Below are positions 18,528 through 26,051 of a DNA stretch of 64,000 nt, in pieces. The notes under the pieces are model-generated. The model was not told the DNA's origin, did no database searches, and was given only the letters and a program-made list of their open reading frames with translations. The stretch spans positions 150,286-214,285 of the forward strand of contig JAHBUY010000007.1 of the NCBI GenBank assembly GCA_019637795.1. The letters are read 5' to 3'. Both the position numbers and the translations under genes were made by a program. The stretch comes from a bacterium (lineage in GTDB: Bacteria > Desulfobacterota > Binatia > HRBIN30 > CADEER01). Position 1 is the first letter of the stretch. The number at the start of each line of letters is the position of its first letter.

Positions 18528-18668
18528 GACGGATACGGCGTATCTGTCTCGCCGGTCCGACCCAGGCTCAGACCAGGCTCACCAGGCTCACGGTCCATAT
18601 GTCTCTCGCGCGCGCGCGCGCTATGCGGGTAAACGGACGGAGAGCCTGATAAGCCTGCTTGGGCCTGG
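18528..18668. promoter_or_regulatory. Putative replication origin of the element
   Basis: CCAGGCTCA x3 (18562, 18573, 18582), a (CG)7 run at 18607-18621, three inverted degenerate copies (GAGCCTG, AAGCCTG, GGCCTGG); directly downstream of the D5 helicase gene. Confidence 0.65.
18533..18543. promoter_or_regulatory. ATAC-GGC-GTAT palindromic site, copy 1 of 4
   Basis: Identical 11-mers at 20154, 20979, 22870; here the arms extend to GACGGATAC/GTATCTGTC. Confidence 0.7.
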
Positions 18669-18687
18669 CGGTGGGTCATTTGGGCCG

Positions 18688-20100
18688 TCATTCCTGTTCT
18701 TGGGCTGCCGCTCGCAGCCGAACACCGACGCGAAACCGGACGCCACCGATCTTCTCGGCGTGGATGCCGAGCCGGTGCAGCTCGTCGCCGAAGTCGCGCT
18801 TCTTGAGCGCGTCGTGCCTCAGCTCGGCGACGTAGGCATCGAACAGCACCTTGAACGGCGTGCGTGCTCGCGGGTCGCGCTCGCAGTACTCGTCGACCCA
18901 CTGCCCGACAGCGTCCATCTCGGCGCGGTAGGCGGCGGTGGCGGCGCGGACGATCTCGGGCGGGCGCAGGCCGTCGGCGTACCAGGCGATGGCGCCGTCG
19001 ATGATCCAACGGAGGATGCCGGGCAGCTCGTCGGTGAGCGAGGCGGCGAAGTCGCGGACCAGATTGGTCTGCAGCCGCTCCTCGAGGTTGACGACGAAGG
19101 GCACCAGATGGATGCGGCGCCAGATGGCGGGGTCGGTGCCGCGGACGTCGGGCTTGTGATTCCCCGCCAGCCAGAACGTGTGCGTCGGCGCGAACTCGAA
19201 GAAGTCCTGCCGCATGTACCGCGCCTTCAACTGGTCGCCGCCGGTGAGCCACTTGACCTTCGTTTCGGCCAGCCCGCGACCCTGCTCGGTCTCGATGGCC
19301 GAGACCAGGCGGGCGCCCATCAAGTCGGCGATCTCGGTCGGGTGCGCGTCGTGCTTGGTCGCCATCAACAGCGACGGGGCGGCGGTGCGGGCGTAGTCGC
19401 CGAGTGCGGCATGGAGCAGCGACAGGAAGGTCGACTTGCCGTTTGCGCCGCTGCCCCACAAGAACAGCAAGCACTGCTCGCGGACCGACCCCGTGGCGCT
19501 GTAGCCGGCGGCGCGCTGCAGGAAGTCGATCAGCGCCGTGTTGTCGAAGGTCAGCGTCAAGAACTCCATGAACCGTGGACAGGTCGCGTCCGGGTCATAG
19601 GCGACTGGCGTGCGGCGGCTGATGAGGTCCTCGCGGCGGTGCGGGCGCAGCTCGCCAGTGCGGAGGTCGACGGTGCCGTTCTCGCAGGTCAGCAACCACG
19701 GGTCGCGATCGAAGGCGTCGGGCGGGAGCGCCACGCGCCGATCGGCAGCGGCGAGCGCCAACATCGCCTCCAGCCGGTTGCGCTTGCCGGACGCAAGGAA
19801 GTGTTGCGCCAGGATGGCCCGCTCCTCGGGCGAGCCAGCGGCGCCCACCTCGGCCCACCACTGCGCGATGGTGGTGGTCGCCAGCGCCATCGTCGCGGCC
19901 GTAGCATCGGGCTGCCAGCGTCCCTCCGTCCAGACGTGCCAGCCGGCGCCGCGGTGCGCGTAGCGCAGCGTGTCGGCGTGCGCGTCGATGAACGCCTCGG
20001 CGTTGGCGACGTCGGTGGTGCGCCACTTGGCGTCGCGGATGGCAGCGGGGTTGGGTAGATCGCTCGCGCCGAAGAGGTCTACGATCTTCCCGCGGCTCAT
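18688..20100 (-). CDS. P4/D5-family SF3 helicase (phage/plasmid primase family C-terminal part)
   Basis: D5_N region (TDVANAEAF...W), Walker A GSGANGKST, KWLTGGD, GNHKP, WRRIHLVPF. Confidence 0.9.
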   Translation of the reverse strand: MSRGKIVDLFGASDLPNPAAIRDAKWRTTDVANAEAFIDAHADTLRYAHRGAGWHVWTEGRWQPDATAATMALATTTIAQWWAEVGAAGSPEERAILAQHFLASGKRNRLEAMLALAAADRRVALPPDAFDRDPWLLTCENGTVDLRTGELRPHRREDLISRRTPVAYDPDATCPRFMEFLTLTFDNTALIDFLQRAAGYSATGSVREQCLLFLWGSGANGKSTFLSLLHAALGDYARTAAPSLLMATKHDAHPTEIADLMGARLVSAIETEQGRGLAETKVKWLTGGDQLKARYMRQDFFEFAPTHTFWLAGNHKPDVRGTDPAIWRRIHLVPFVVNLEERLQTNLVRDFAASLTDELPGILRWIIDGAIAWYADGLRPPEIVRAATAAYRAEMDAVGQWVDEYCERDPRARTPFKVLFDAYVAELRHDALKKRDFGDELHRLGIHAEKIGGVRFRVGVRLRAAAQEQE

Positions 20101-21008
20101 CGGGGCGCATCCTGGGCTGTCATGCGGCGCACCGTACCGGCCGTGCGTGCCGGATACGGCGTATGTGTCCGCTGCCCTGACCCGGCATCGTAGGATTCGA
20201 CGCTGGCCAAGATGGCGTTGACTTCGCGTTTCCCCAGCGGCTTGTCGCAGCGTTCCGTGTTCGCGGTGTGGACGGACGCGCAGAGCAGCTTCCACTCCAC
20301 CTTCCGCGCCCGCATCGACGCCGCGTAGCGGAACAGCGTGTCGTTGCGCTCGCCCTTGCCGATCGTGTCCGGCAGCCGGAACGGGTCGCCGTGCTCGCCG
20401 CGGAGCTCGTCGAGGTGGCGAATCGCCGCGACCCAGAGCGGCGGCAGCTCGGGCAACGGGAGGTCGGCGGCCGAGTAGCCGATCAAGTAGGCGTAGCCGC
20501 GGCAGGGCGGCGGAAAGACCAGGCTGTTGTCGCCGCGGATGTCGACACCGGCACCCAGCTTGGCGACCGAATTGCGAATCCCGCCGGGCGCCTGGAAGTA
20601 TCGGTGCTCGCCGTGGTGCGGGGTCGTGACCGTTGGCGCATCCGGTAGCGGGCCGTAGCGCTGTTCCAGGTCGTGGAGTGTGTCGCAGCCGTCGACGCCG
20701 TGTTTGCGGTCGGCGTCGAGGATCAGCAGGCGATCGGTGGTGAGGAGCGCGCAGTCGGCATCGGGAAACCGCTGCCACCAGCGGTCTAGTTGGTCGAGGT
20801 CATCGCTCGCCCGCTGGTGGCCAACACCAGTCGGCCCGATGCAGGTCCAGCGTGTGCCCGGCCGCATCGGCACCACGCGCGTGTGCCAGTGCGCGATGTA
20901 CCACTGTGCGGCGCGCAGGCCGCGCGGCGTCTGTTGTGGCGGCGTCATGAGCGGCGGTGTACGTGGCGCCGCGCCCACATACGGCGTATCCGTCCCCGGC
21001 GTCATCAT
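20097..21008 (-). CDS. Bifunctional DNA primase/polymerase (Prim-Pol + PriCT)
   Basis: LLILDAD, VTTP..G.H.YF, GVDIRG, PriCT-like GERNDTLFRYA. Confidence 0.85.
   Translation of the reverse strand: MMTPGTDTPYVGAAPRTPPLMTPPQQTPRGLRAAQWYIAHWHTRVVPMRPGTRWTCIGPTGVGHQRASDDLDQLDRWWQRFPDADCALLTTDRLLILDADRKHGVDGCDTLHDLEQRYGPLPDAPTVTTPHHGEHRYFQAPGGIRNSVAKLGAGVDIRGDNSLVFPPPCRGYAYLIGYSAADLPLPELPPLWVAAIRHLDELRGEHGDPFRLPDTIGKGERNDTLFRYAASMRARKVEWKLLCASVHTANTERCDKPLGKREVNAILASVESYDAGSGQRTHTPYPARTAGTVRRMTAQDAPR
20154..20164. promoter_or_regulatory. ATAC-GGC-GTAT site, copy 2
   Basis: About 55 nt upstream of the D5 helicase start. Confidence 0.65.
20979..20989. promoter_or_regulatory. ATAC-GGC-GTAT site, copy 3
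   Basis: At the 5' end of the Prim-Pol gene. Confidence 0.65.
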
Positions 21009-22645
21009 CCGGCCACCGTTCGTGCTGCTGTCGACTGCCAGCCGCGGCCGGCGACGATGCGGCGCACCTGTCGGCGGGTGAGCGCATCGGCCGCGGCGCC
21101 CTTGCTCATGCCCGGCACGTAGCCCGCACGTAGCGCCGCGCGTTGCCCATCGCTGGCAGGTTGGCTGCGCCAGCGCGCATCCGCCCGGGCGATGCGCCAG
21201 CGTGCCGGGTCGGCGCGCAGCAGCTCCTCCGCGACGCCCTGTGCCAGCTCGAGCGACGGCACGGCGCGATGCACGGTTTCGACGGTCCGCGTCTCTCGTG
21301 ATTGCCACAGCACGTCGACCGTCCCGTCCGCCTCGGTCGACAGGATCACCACGCCATCGCCCATCGACACGGCGTAACTGCCATCGACCGTCAGCCAGGC
21401 GATGCGACTGTCGCGCGGCGCGAAGAGCGCCACCTCGCGCGCGGTCAGTGCCGCGGCCCGTCCCTGCTCCGCTGCCTCCCGTGCTGCGGCCTGGGCCGCG
21501 TCTGCGGCGAGCACGCCATCGGCCAGCGCCGCCGCCGGCGTCTCGAACAGTACGGCGGCCGTCATCAGGTCATGGGTGCCTGTCGCGCCGACGCAATCGA
21601 GTACCAGGCAGTCCGCCTTTGCCGGGTGCTTCCGCGCGCCGCGCCCGAGCATCTGCTGATAGAGCACGGGGCTGCGCGTCGGACGGGCGATGCAGACGCA
21701 ATCCACGCGCGGAAGGTCGACGCCTTCCGTGGCGACGCCGACGTTGACCAGCACGGGCAGCTCGCCGGCGCGCACCGCCGCGAACAGTGCGGCCCGCTCG
21801 TCGGTAGGGGTGGCGCCCGTAACCAGCGCGGCGTGCAGTCCGCGCCCCCGGCACGCATCGACGGTTGCCTCGGCCACCGCGATCGTCGGCGCGAACACCA
21901 GCGAGACGCGGCCCGATGCGTGCTCGGCCAGTGCGGTGGCGATGTGTACCGGCGCGTCGGCGCCGCTCAGCGCCTCGCCGAGCGCCCCTTGCGCGTAGTC
22001 GCCATCGACGCGCGGTAGGCTGGCGAGGTCGACCGCCAGCGCAATCTGCAGCCCGCGGAAGTCGCACAGGTAGCCCTGGCGGATCAGCTCGATCAGCGAG
22101 GTCTGATACACGATCTCCTGATACGTCGGCGCCAGGCCGCGCCCGTCGGCGCGTGTCAGCGTGGCGGACACGCCGAGGAGCTGCGGCGCGTCGGCCCCAT
22201 CGTCGAGCGCCCCGACGCCGGCGAGCACCGTCTGGTAGCTCTGCGCGGCGCTGTGGTGCGCTTCGTCCACCACGACGAGCGAAAAACGGCCGGCGGCGCC
22301 GATCTGCTCGAGCCGGCGCGGCTGCCGCAGCGTCGGGACGCTGCCGACGATCACGGCGGCGTCAGGCGTGTTGTGGTCGGCGCGGACGATGCCGATGGCG
22401 CGGGCATCGCCGAGCACATAGCCGATCGTCGCGGCGGCCTGGTCGATCAGCTCCTCGCGGTGCGCGAGCACCAGCGCCCGGTCGCCGCGTCGGACATGCT
22501 CGGCGACCAAATGACCAAACGTGACCGTCTTGCCGCCGCCGGTCGGGATTTGGATTGCCGCACGGCGGATACCGCGGAGCGCCGCGGCGCCGATCGCCGC
22601 GAGCGCATCCCGTTGGTAGGGGCGCAGCGCGATTCCCGCGCTCAT
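21005..22645 (-). CDS. SF2 DEAD/DEAH-box helicase
   Basis: LRPYQ, PTGGGKT, DEAHH, SAT, EGVDLP, QMLGRGAR. Confidence 0.92.
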   Translation of the reverse strand: MSAGIALRPYQRDALAAIGAAALRGIRRAAIQIPTGGGKTVTFGHLVAEHVRRGDRALVLAHREELIDQAAATIGYVLGDARAIGIVRADHNTPDAAVIVGSVPTLRQPRRLEQIGAAGRFSLVVVDEAHHSAAQSYQTVLAGVGALDDGADAPQLLGVSATLTRADGRGLAPTYQEIVYQTSLIELIRQGYLCDFRGLQIALAVDLASLPRVDGDYAQGALGEALSGADAPVHIATALAEHASGRVSLVFAPTIAVAEATVDACRGRGLHAALVTGATPTDERAALFAAVRAGELPVLVNVGVATEGVDLPRVDCVCIARPTRSPVLYQQMLGRGARKHPAKADCLVLDCVGATGTHDLMTAAVLFETPAAALADGVLAADAAQAAAREAAEQGRAAALTAREVALFAPRDSRIAWLTVDGSYAVSMGDGVVILSTEADGTVDVLWQSRETRTVETVHRAVPSLELAQGVAEELLRADPARWRIARADARWRSQPASDGQRAALRAGYVPGMSKGAAADALTRRQVRRIVAGRGWQSTAARTVAG

Positions 22646-22848
22646 GTGGCGTCGTTCCGTCGCTGATGTCGCGGCGGCTCGAGGAGCTGATGCGCCTCGA
22701 CAAAGAACTGTTCGAGGTCCTTCCGTAGGGCGCGCTCCGCCCGCTCGCGGGCGACGGAGCGCGACCAGGCGCGCAGGAGCGCGCGGAGGGCCGGGTTGCG
22801 GGACCGACGGAGCGCCGATGGCAGTGCGGGTGTCGTCATGCGCCGCAT
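22642..22848 (-). CDS. Small basic hypothetical protein (68 aa)
   Basis: ATGA overlap with the helicase start. Confidence 0.55.
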   Translation of the reverse strand: MRRMTTPALPSALRRSRNPALRALLRAWSRSVARERAERALRKDLEQFFVEAHQLLEPPRHQRRNDAT

Positions 22849-22869
22849 GGTAGGCGGCGCAGATGACTG

Positions 22870-22880
22870 ATACGGCGTAT
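22870..22880. promoter_or_regulatory. ATAC-GGC-GTAT site, copy 4
   Basis: Intergenic, upstream of the replication operon. Confidence 0.7.
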
Positions 22881-22890
22881 TCGTCGCGCG

Positions 22891-23721
22891 CTACTTCTGC
22901 GCGACCTTCAGGGCCTTCCGCACGGACGCAAATTGCAGGATCACGCGCCGCGCACCGCCGCGCGCGGCCTCCGTGTATTCCACGGTGATGGTCCGCGCCT
23001 CGCGGTCCACGTCGACTTCGGTAGCGAGCGGTAGGAGGTTGCCGTCCATCAGGGCCAACGCATCCTCGACGGTGTCCGGGTCGCCGAGCACCTTTAGGAA
23101 CCCCTTCCATGTCTGCGGTTGGGTCGCCGCCCACACGCGACGAAAGAGCACTGTGTGTGGCTGCTTGGGTTTCCCTTTGCCCGCACGGCCGGCGGCGCTA
23201 TTTTGAGTCCGTATTTTCGTGCGGTCTGCCACCACTTTCCGCCGCGCCTCCGCGTCGCCGACGATGTAGAGCGCTTGCTCGCCGAGCCACCGGTCGATGA
23301 TTGCGCGCTCCGATTGGTCGTCGGCCGTCATGGTGAGCAGCCCGTGCATCATGTCGCCGGACCAGTCGGGGTGCCCGCCCGTGGCGTGCAGGCGTTTCCA
23401 GGCCGCTCTATACGTGCGGTCGAGTTCCTTCTGTCGCTCGCGCACGTCGGTATCGCTCTCGCCGGGACGCCGGGCGCGCTCAATGGCCGCCTCAGCCGCG
23501 ATTACCGCGCAGAGTGCTACCGCCGTAACCCGCCGTCGCTGCGCCGTCGCTCTATACGTCTCGGCGTCTCGCTGGCGCGGTGTGCCGTCGCGGTTCCAGG
23601 TCGACTCCGCCATCAGGCGCCGTCGCACCTCGTCGAGGATGACGGCGCGGAACGGATCCTGTCGCGATTCCTTCGCCGGCGGCGTTGCCCCCGGCTTCCG
23701 CGTCGTGCGTGTCGCCATCAT
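22891..23721 (-). CDS. Hypothetical protein (276 aa), first gene of the element
   Basis: Long ORF with protein-like composition; basic C-terminal region. Confidence 0.7.
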   Translation of the reverse strand: MMATRTTRKPGATPPAKESRQDPFRAVILDEVRRRLMAESTWNRDGTPRQRDAETYRATAQRRRVTAVALCAVIAAEAAIERARRPGESDTDVRERQKELDRTYRAAWKRLHATGGHPDWSGDMMHGLLTMTADDQSERAIIDRWLGEQALYIVGDAEARRKVVADRTKIRTQNSAAGRAGKGKPKQPHTVLFRRVWAATQPQTWKGFLKVLGDPDTVEDALALMDGNLLPLATEVDVDREARTITVEYTEAARGGARRVILQFASVRKALKVAQK

Positions 23722-23873
23722 CCACCACCCGTTCGTGGGACCCGATCTACTGTTGCACCGCCGCCGGCGGGGCGCTCGGGTCTGCGCCGTTCGGTGGCCG
23801 ACCTAGCCGGCGGCGGTATGGCTATGGCTACGCTACCAACTCGATTCCCGGCGAAGAAAGAGGCGCACGGCGT

Positions 23874-23893
23874 GTTTCCATCGTGTTTCCATC
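23874..23893 (+). promoter_or_regulatory. Putative integrase arm-type sites (attR side)
   Basis: GTTTCCATC-GT-GTTTCCATC, about 100 bp inside the attR core. Confidence 0.65.
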
Positions 23894-23994
23894 ACGGTGC
23901 GTCCACACCGCACGGTGCGTCAGCCGGTCCGCGAAAACGCTGAGGCTTCCGACGTATCGGACGCACGGCGCGGCGAGCCTCATGACTTGACCGC

Positions 23995-24037
23995 ATTCCT
24001 AATCCTGGGGCCGTGCGTTCGAATCGCGCCGGGGGCA
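23995..24037 (+). repeat. attR: core plus displaced 3' half of tRNA-Arg(CCT)
   Basis: Core followed by CC-GTGCG-TTCGAAT-CGCGC-CGGGGGC-A; CGGGGGC pairs perfectly with the 5' GCCCCCG at 11557. Confidence 0.92.
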
Positions 24038-24106
24038 TTCACCTTCCAGTTGCGCACCAATCGCTGGTGCCCGATCCGCGGCCCCGGGGCGTTCCGCGGC
24101 AGTGGC

Positions 24107-24520
24107 TCAGACGGCGAGGGCGGCGGCGGCGCGCTCGTAGTCTTCGGGTTTGACGTAGATGACGTAGCCGAAGGTGCCGCGGCCGTCGGCGACGCCGCTG
24201 CAGGCGTAGACGTTGACGTTCGCCTCGAAGATCCGGGCGTGGATCCTGGCGAGCGCGCCGAGCTCGTCGTCGCCCTGTACCAGCAGCGCCGGGTGCGGGC
24301 CGTCCAGGACCAGTCCAGCTTTGCGCGCCGCATCCTCCATGCGCAGCGGATCATCCGGGAAGAGCGTGAGCTGGGCCCGTAACGGCCCCACCGGCATGGC
24401 GGTGAAGGCGACCAGATTGAGCCCGAGATCGGCGAGCTGCGACAGCAGCTTGTACGCTTCGCCCGGCCGATCCTGCACCGTCGTGGTGAAGTACTCGACT
24501 CGCCGGATGTTGAAGGCCAT
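24107..24520 (-). CDS. ACT-domain protein
   Basis: VQDRPGEAYKLL..L...GLNL; second ACT-like D..GALARI...I..ANVNV. Confidence 0.8.
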   Translation of the reverse strand: MAFNIRRVEYFTTTVQDRPGEAYKLLSQLADLGLNLVAFTAMPVGPLRAQLTLFPDDPLRMEDAARKAGLVLDGPHPALLVQGDDELGALARIHARIFEANVNVYACSGVADGRGTFGYVIYVKPEDYERAAAALAV

Positions 24521-24814
24521 GACCACCTCCCTCCTCGGCGCCTCGCCTCCGCCGCCTGCGCCTGTCGGGTCGGTAGCAGCGCCTCGCGGTCGCGAGAAGC
24601 CCCGTGGCCCGCTGCCCCCCGCGCGATGGAGACCGCAGTGGTCGCTGCCGCCGCCGCGAGAGACGGGACGGAATTCCCGGGTCTACTCCCGCCCGCCCCC
24701 GCCCCATCGACATAGCGGAAATCAGCGTGTTAGAGGGCGCTGCGCCAAGCGTGAGCGCGGCGACCGGGACGGCCGATCAGTCGAACCGCGAGTCCGATTC
24801 AGGGAGGAGTCGGG

Positions 24815-25156
24815 ATGCTCTATCTGCTGCTCAACTGGGTGCTGAGCGCGTTGTGCCTGCTGATCGTTACCAAGGTCGTGCCGGGATTCGAGATCGCGAG
24901 CTTCGGCACGGCGCTGGTGGCGGCGCTGGTGATCGGCTTGTTCAACGCCACCATCGGGCTGGTGTTGAAGATCGTCACTCTCCCGCTCACCATCGTCACG
25001 CTCGGGCTGTTCCTGTTCATCGTCAATGCCTTCGTGCTCTGGCTGGCGGCGCAGGTGGTGAAGGGCTTCGCCATCACCAGTTTCGGATCGGCGCTGCTGG
25101 CAGCGATCGTCCTGGCGCTCGTGCACCTGCTGCTGCGCCGCCTCGCGTTCGCCTGA
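24815..25156 (+). CDS. YvlD/4-TMS 'phage holin' family membrane protein
   Basis: Four hydrophobic helices, ALVIGLFNA.I..VL...TLPL...TLGLF...VNA. Confidence 0.85.
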   Translation: MLYLLLNWVLSALCLLIVTKVVPGFEIASFGTALVAALVIGLFNATIGLVLKIVTLPLTIVTLGLFLFIVNAFVLWLAAQVVKGFAITSFGSALLAAIVLALVHLLLRRLAFA

Positions 25157-25175
25157 CGGGCAGCGCGCCCGCCAG

Positions 25176-25955
25176 TCAGAGACTCTGGCGGAAGTGCAGC
25201 GCGTCGGCGCGCGGGAGGGAATCGGCGCGCCGGCGGGTTCCGGGGCTCTCGCGCGTGTCGCCGCGGATACCGGGAGGCAGGTCGCTGGCGCGGATCACGC
25301 TCCCGCTGCAGAGCACGACGACGCGCTCGACGACGCTTTCCAACTCGCGCACGTTGCCGGGCCAGTCGTACTGCCACAGCTCGACGAGCGCCTCGGTTTC
25401 GATCGCCGGGGCCCGCACGTCGTTGCGCGCCGCGTAGATGCGCAGGAAGTGCTGCACGAGCACGGGGATGTCCGCCCGCCGTTGACGCAGCGCCGGCAGC
25501 ACCACCTCCACGGGCTGCAGCAGGTCGAGCAGGTCAGCGCACAGGCGGCGGTCGCGTCGGTGCTGCGCGAGCTCGCGGTCCAGACAGGCGAGTATCTGCG
25601 GCCGCTCGCGGCGATCGATCGCCGCGAGCTCGGCATGGAGACGTCGCTGGAGCTCGCGGTCGAGCTGGGGCAGATCGTCGAGCAGGAGGCTGCCGCCACT
25701 GGCCCGTCGCCAGCCGCCCTCGCGTTCGAACAATGCCTGCTCCAGCCGCTGCGGCGAATTCTCGGCGCAGTCGATACGCACGAAGCGCTCGGCCGGTCGC
25801 GCCGCGGCGGCGTGCAGATAGCGTGCGAACAGTTCCTTGCCGCTGCCACGCTCGCCGACGATCGCCACCGCGTCGCCGCTCTCGGCCAGCCGAGCGGCGG
25901 CGCGGCTGAGCGCCCGGACGATCGGATGGCTTCCTAGGATTCGCGTCGACTGCAT
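25176..25955 (-). CDS. Stand-alone sigma54-activator-like AAA domain (degenerate)
   Basis: GERGSGKELFA, LLLDDL, LRQRRADI..L, YDWPGNVRELE; lacks GAFTGA and a clear HTH. Confidence 0.8.
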   Translation of the reverse strand: MQSTRILGSHPIVRALSRAAARLAESGDAVAIVGERGSGKELFARYLHAAAARPAERFVRIDCAENSPQRLEQALFEREGGWRRASGGSLLLDDLPQLDRELQRRLHAELAAIDRRERPQILACLDRELAQHRRDRRLCADLLDLLQPVEVVLPALRQRRADIPVLVQHFLRIYAARNDVRAPAIETEALVELWQYDWPGNVRELESVVERVVVLCSGSVIRASDLPPGIRGDTRESPGTRRRADSLPRADALHFRQSL

Positions 25956-26051
25956 GGGCACCGTCAGGGGAGCAAGCGATGTGCCCGCTCCAATTCGGGC
26001 CCGGGCGCCGTCCGGCGGCAAGGGGGCTCGTGTCGCTTGCTCGCAGTCCGA

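Larger units (their letters stand above)
11588..24010 (-). mobile_element. tRNA-integrated phage-satellite-like element (~12.4 kb)
   Basis: 16-bp direct repeat ATTCCTAATCCTGGGG at both ends; integrase next to the tRNA; replication and terminase genes; nearly all genes on the - strand with chained ATGA/GTGA overlaps. Confidence 0.92.

Noticed and set aside
23995-24037. Second tRNA gene
   Set aside because: Only the anticodon loop to 3' end is present, with no D-arm or 5' acceptor strand; it is the attR remnant.
24815-25156. Holin as the lysis gene of the element
   Set aside because: Lies ~800 bp outside attR; the YvlD family is commonly chromosomal; no endolysin nearby.
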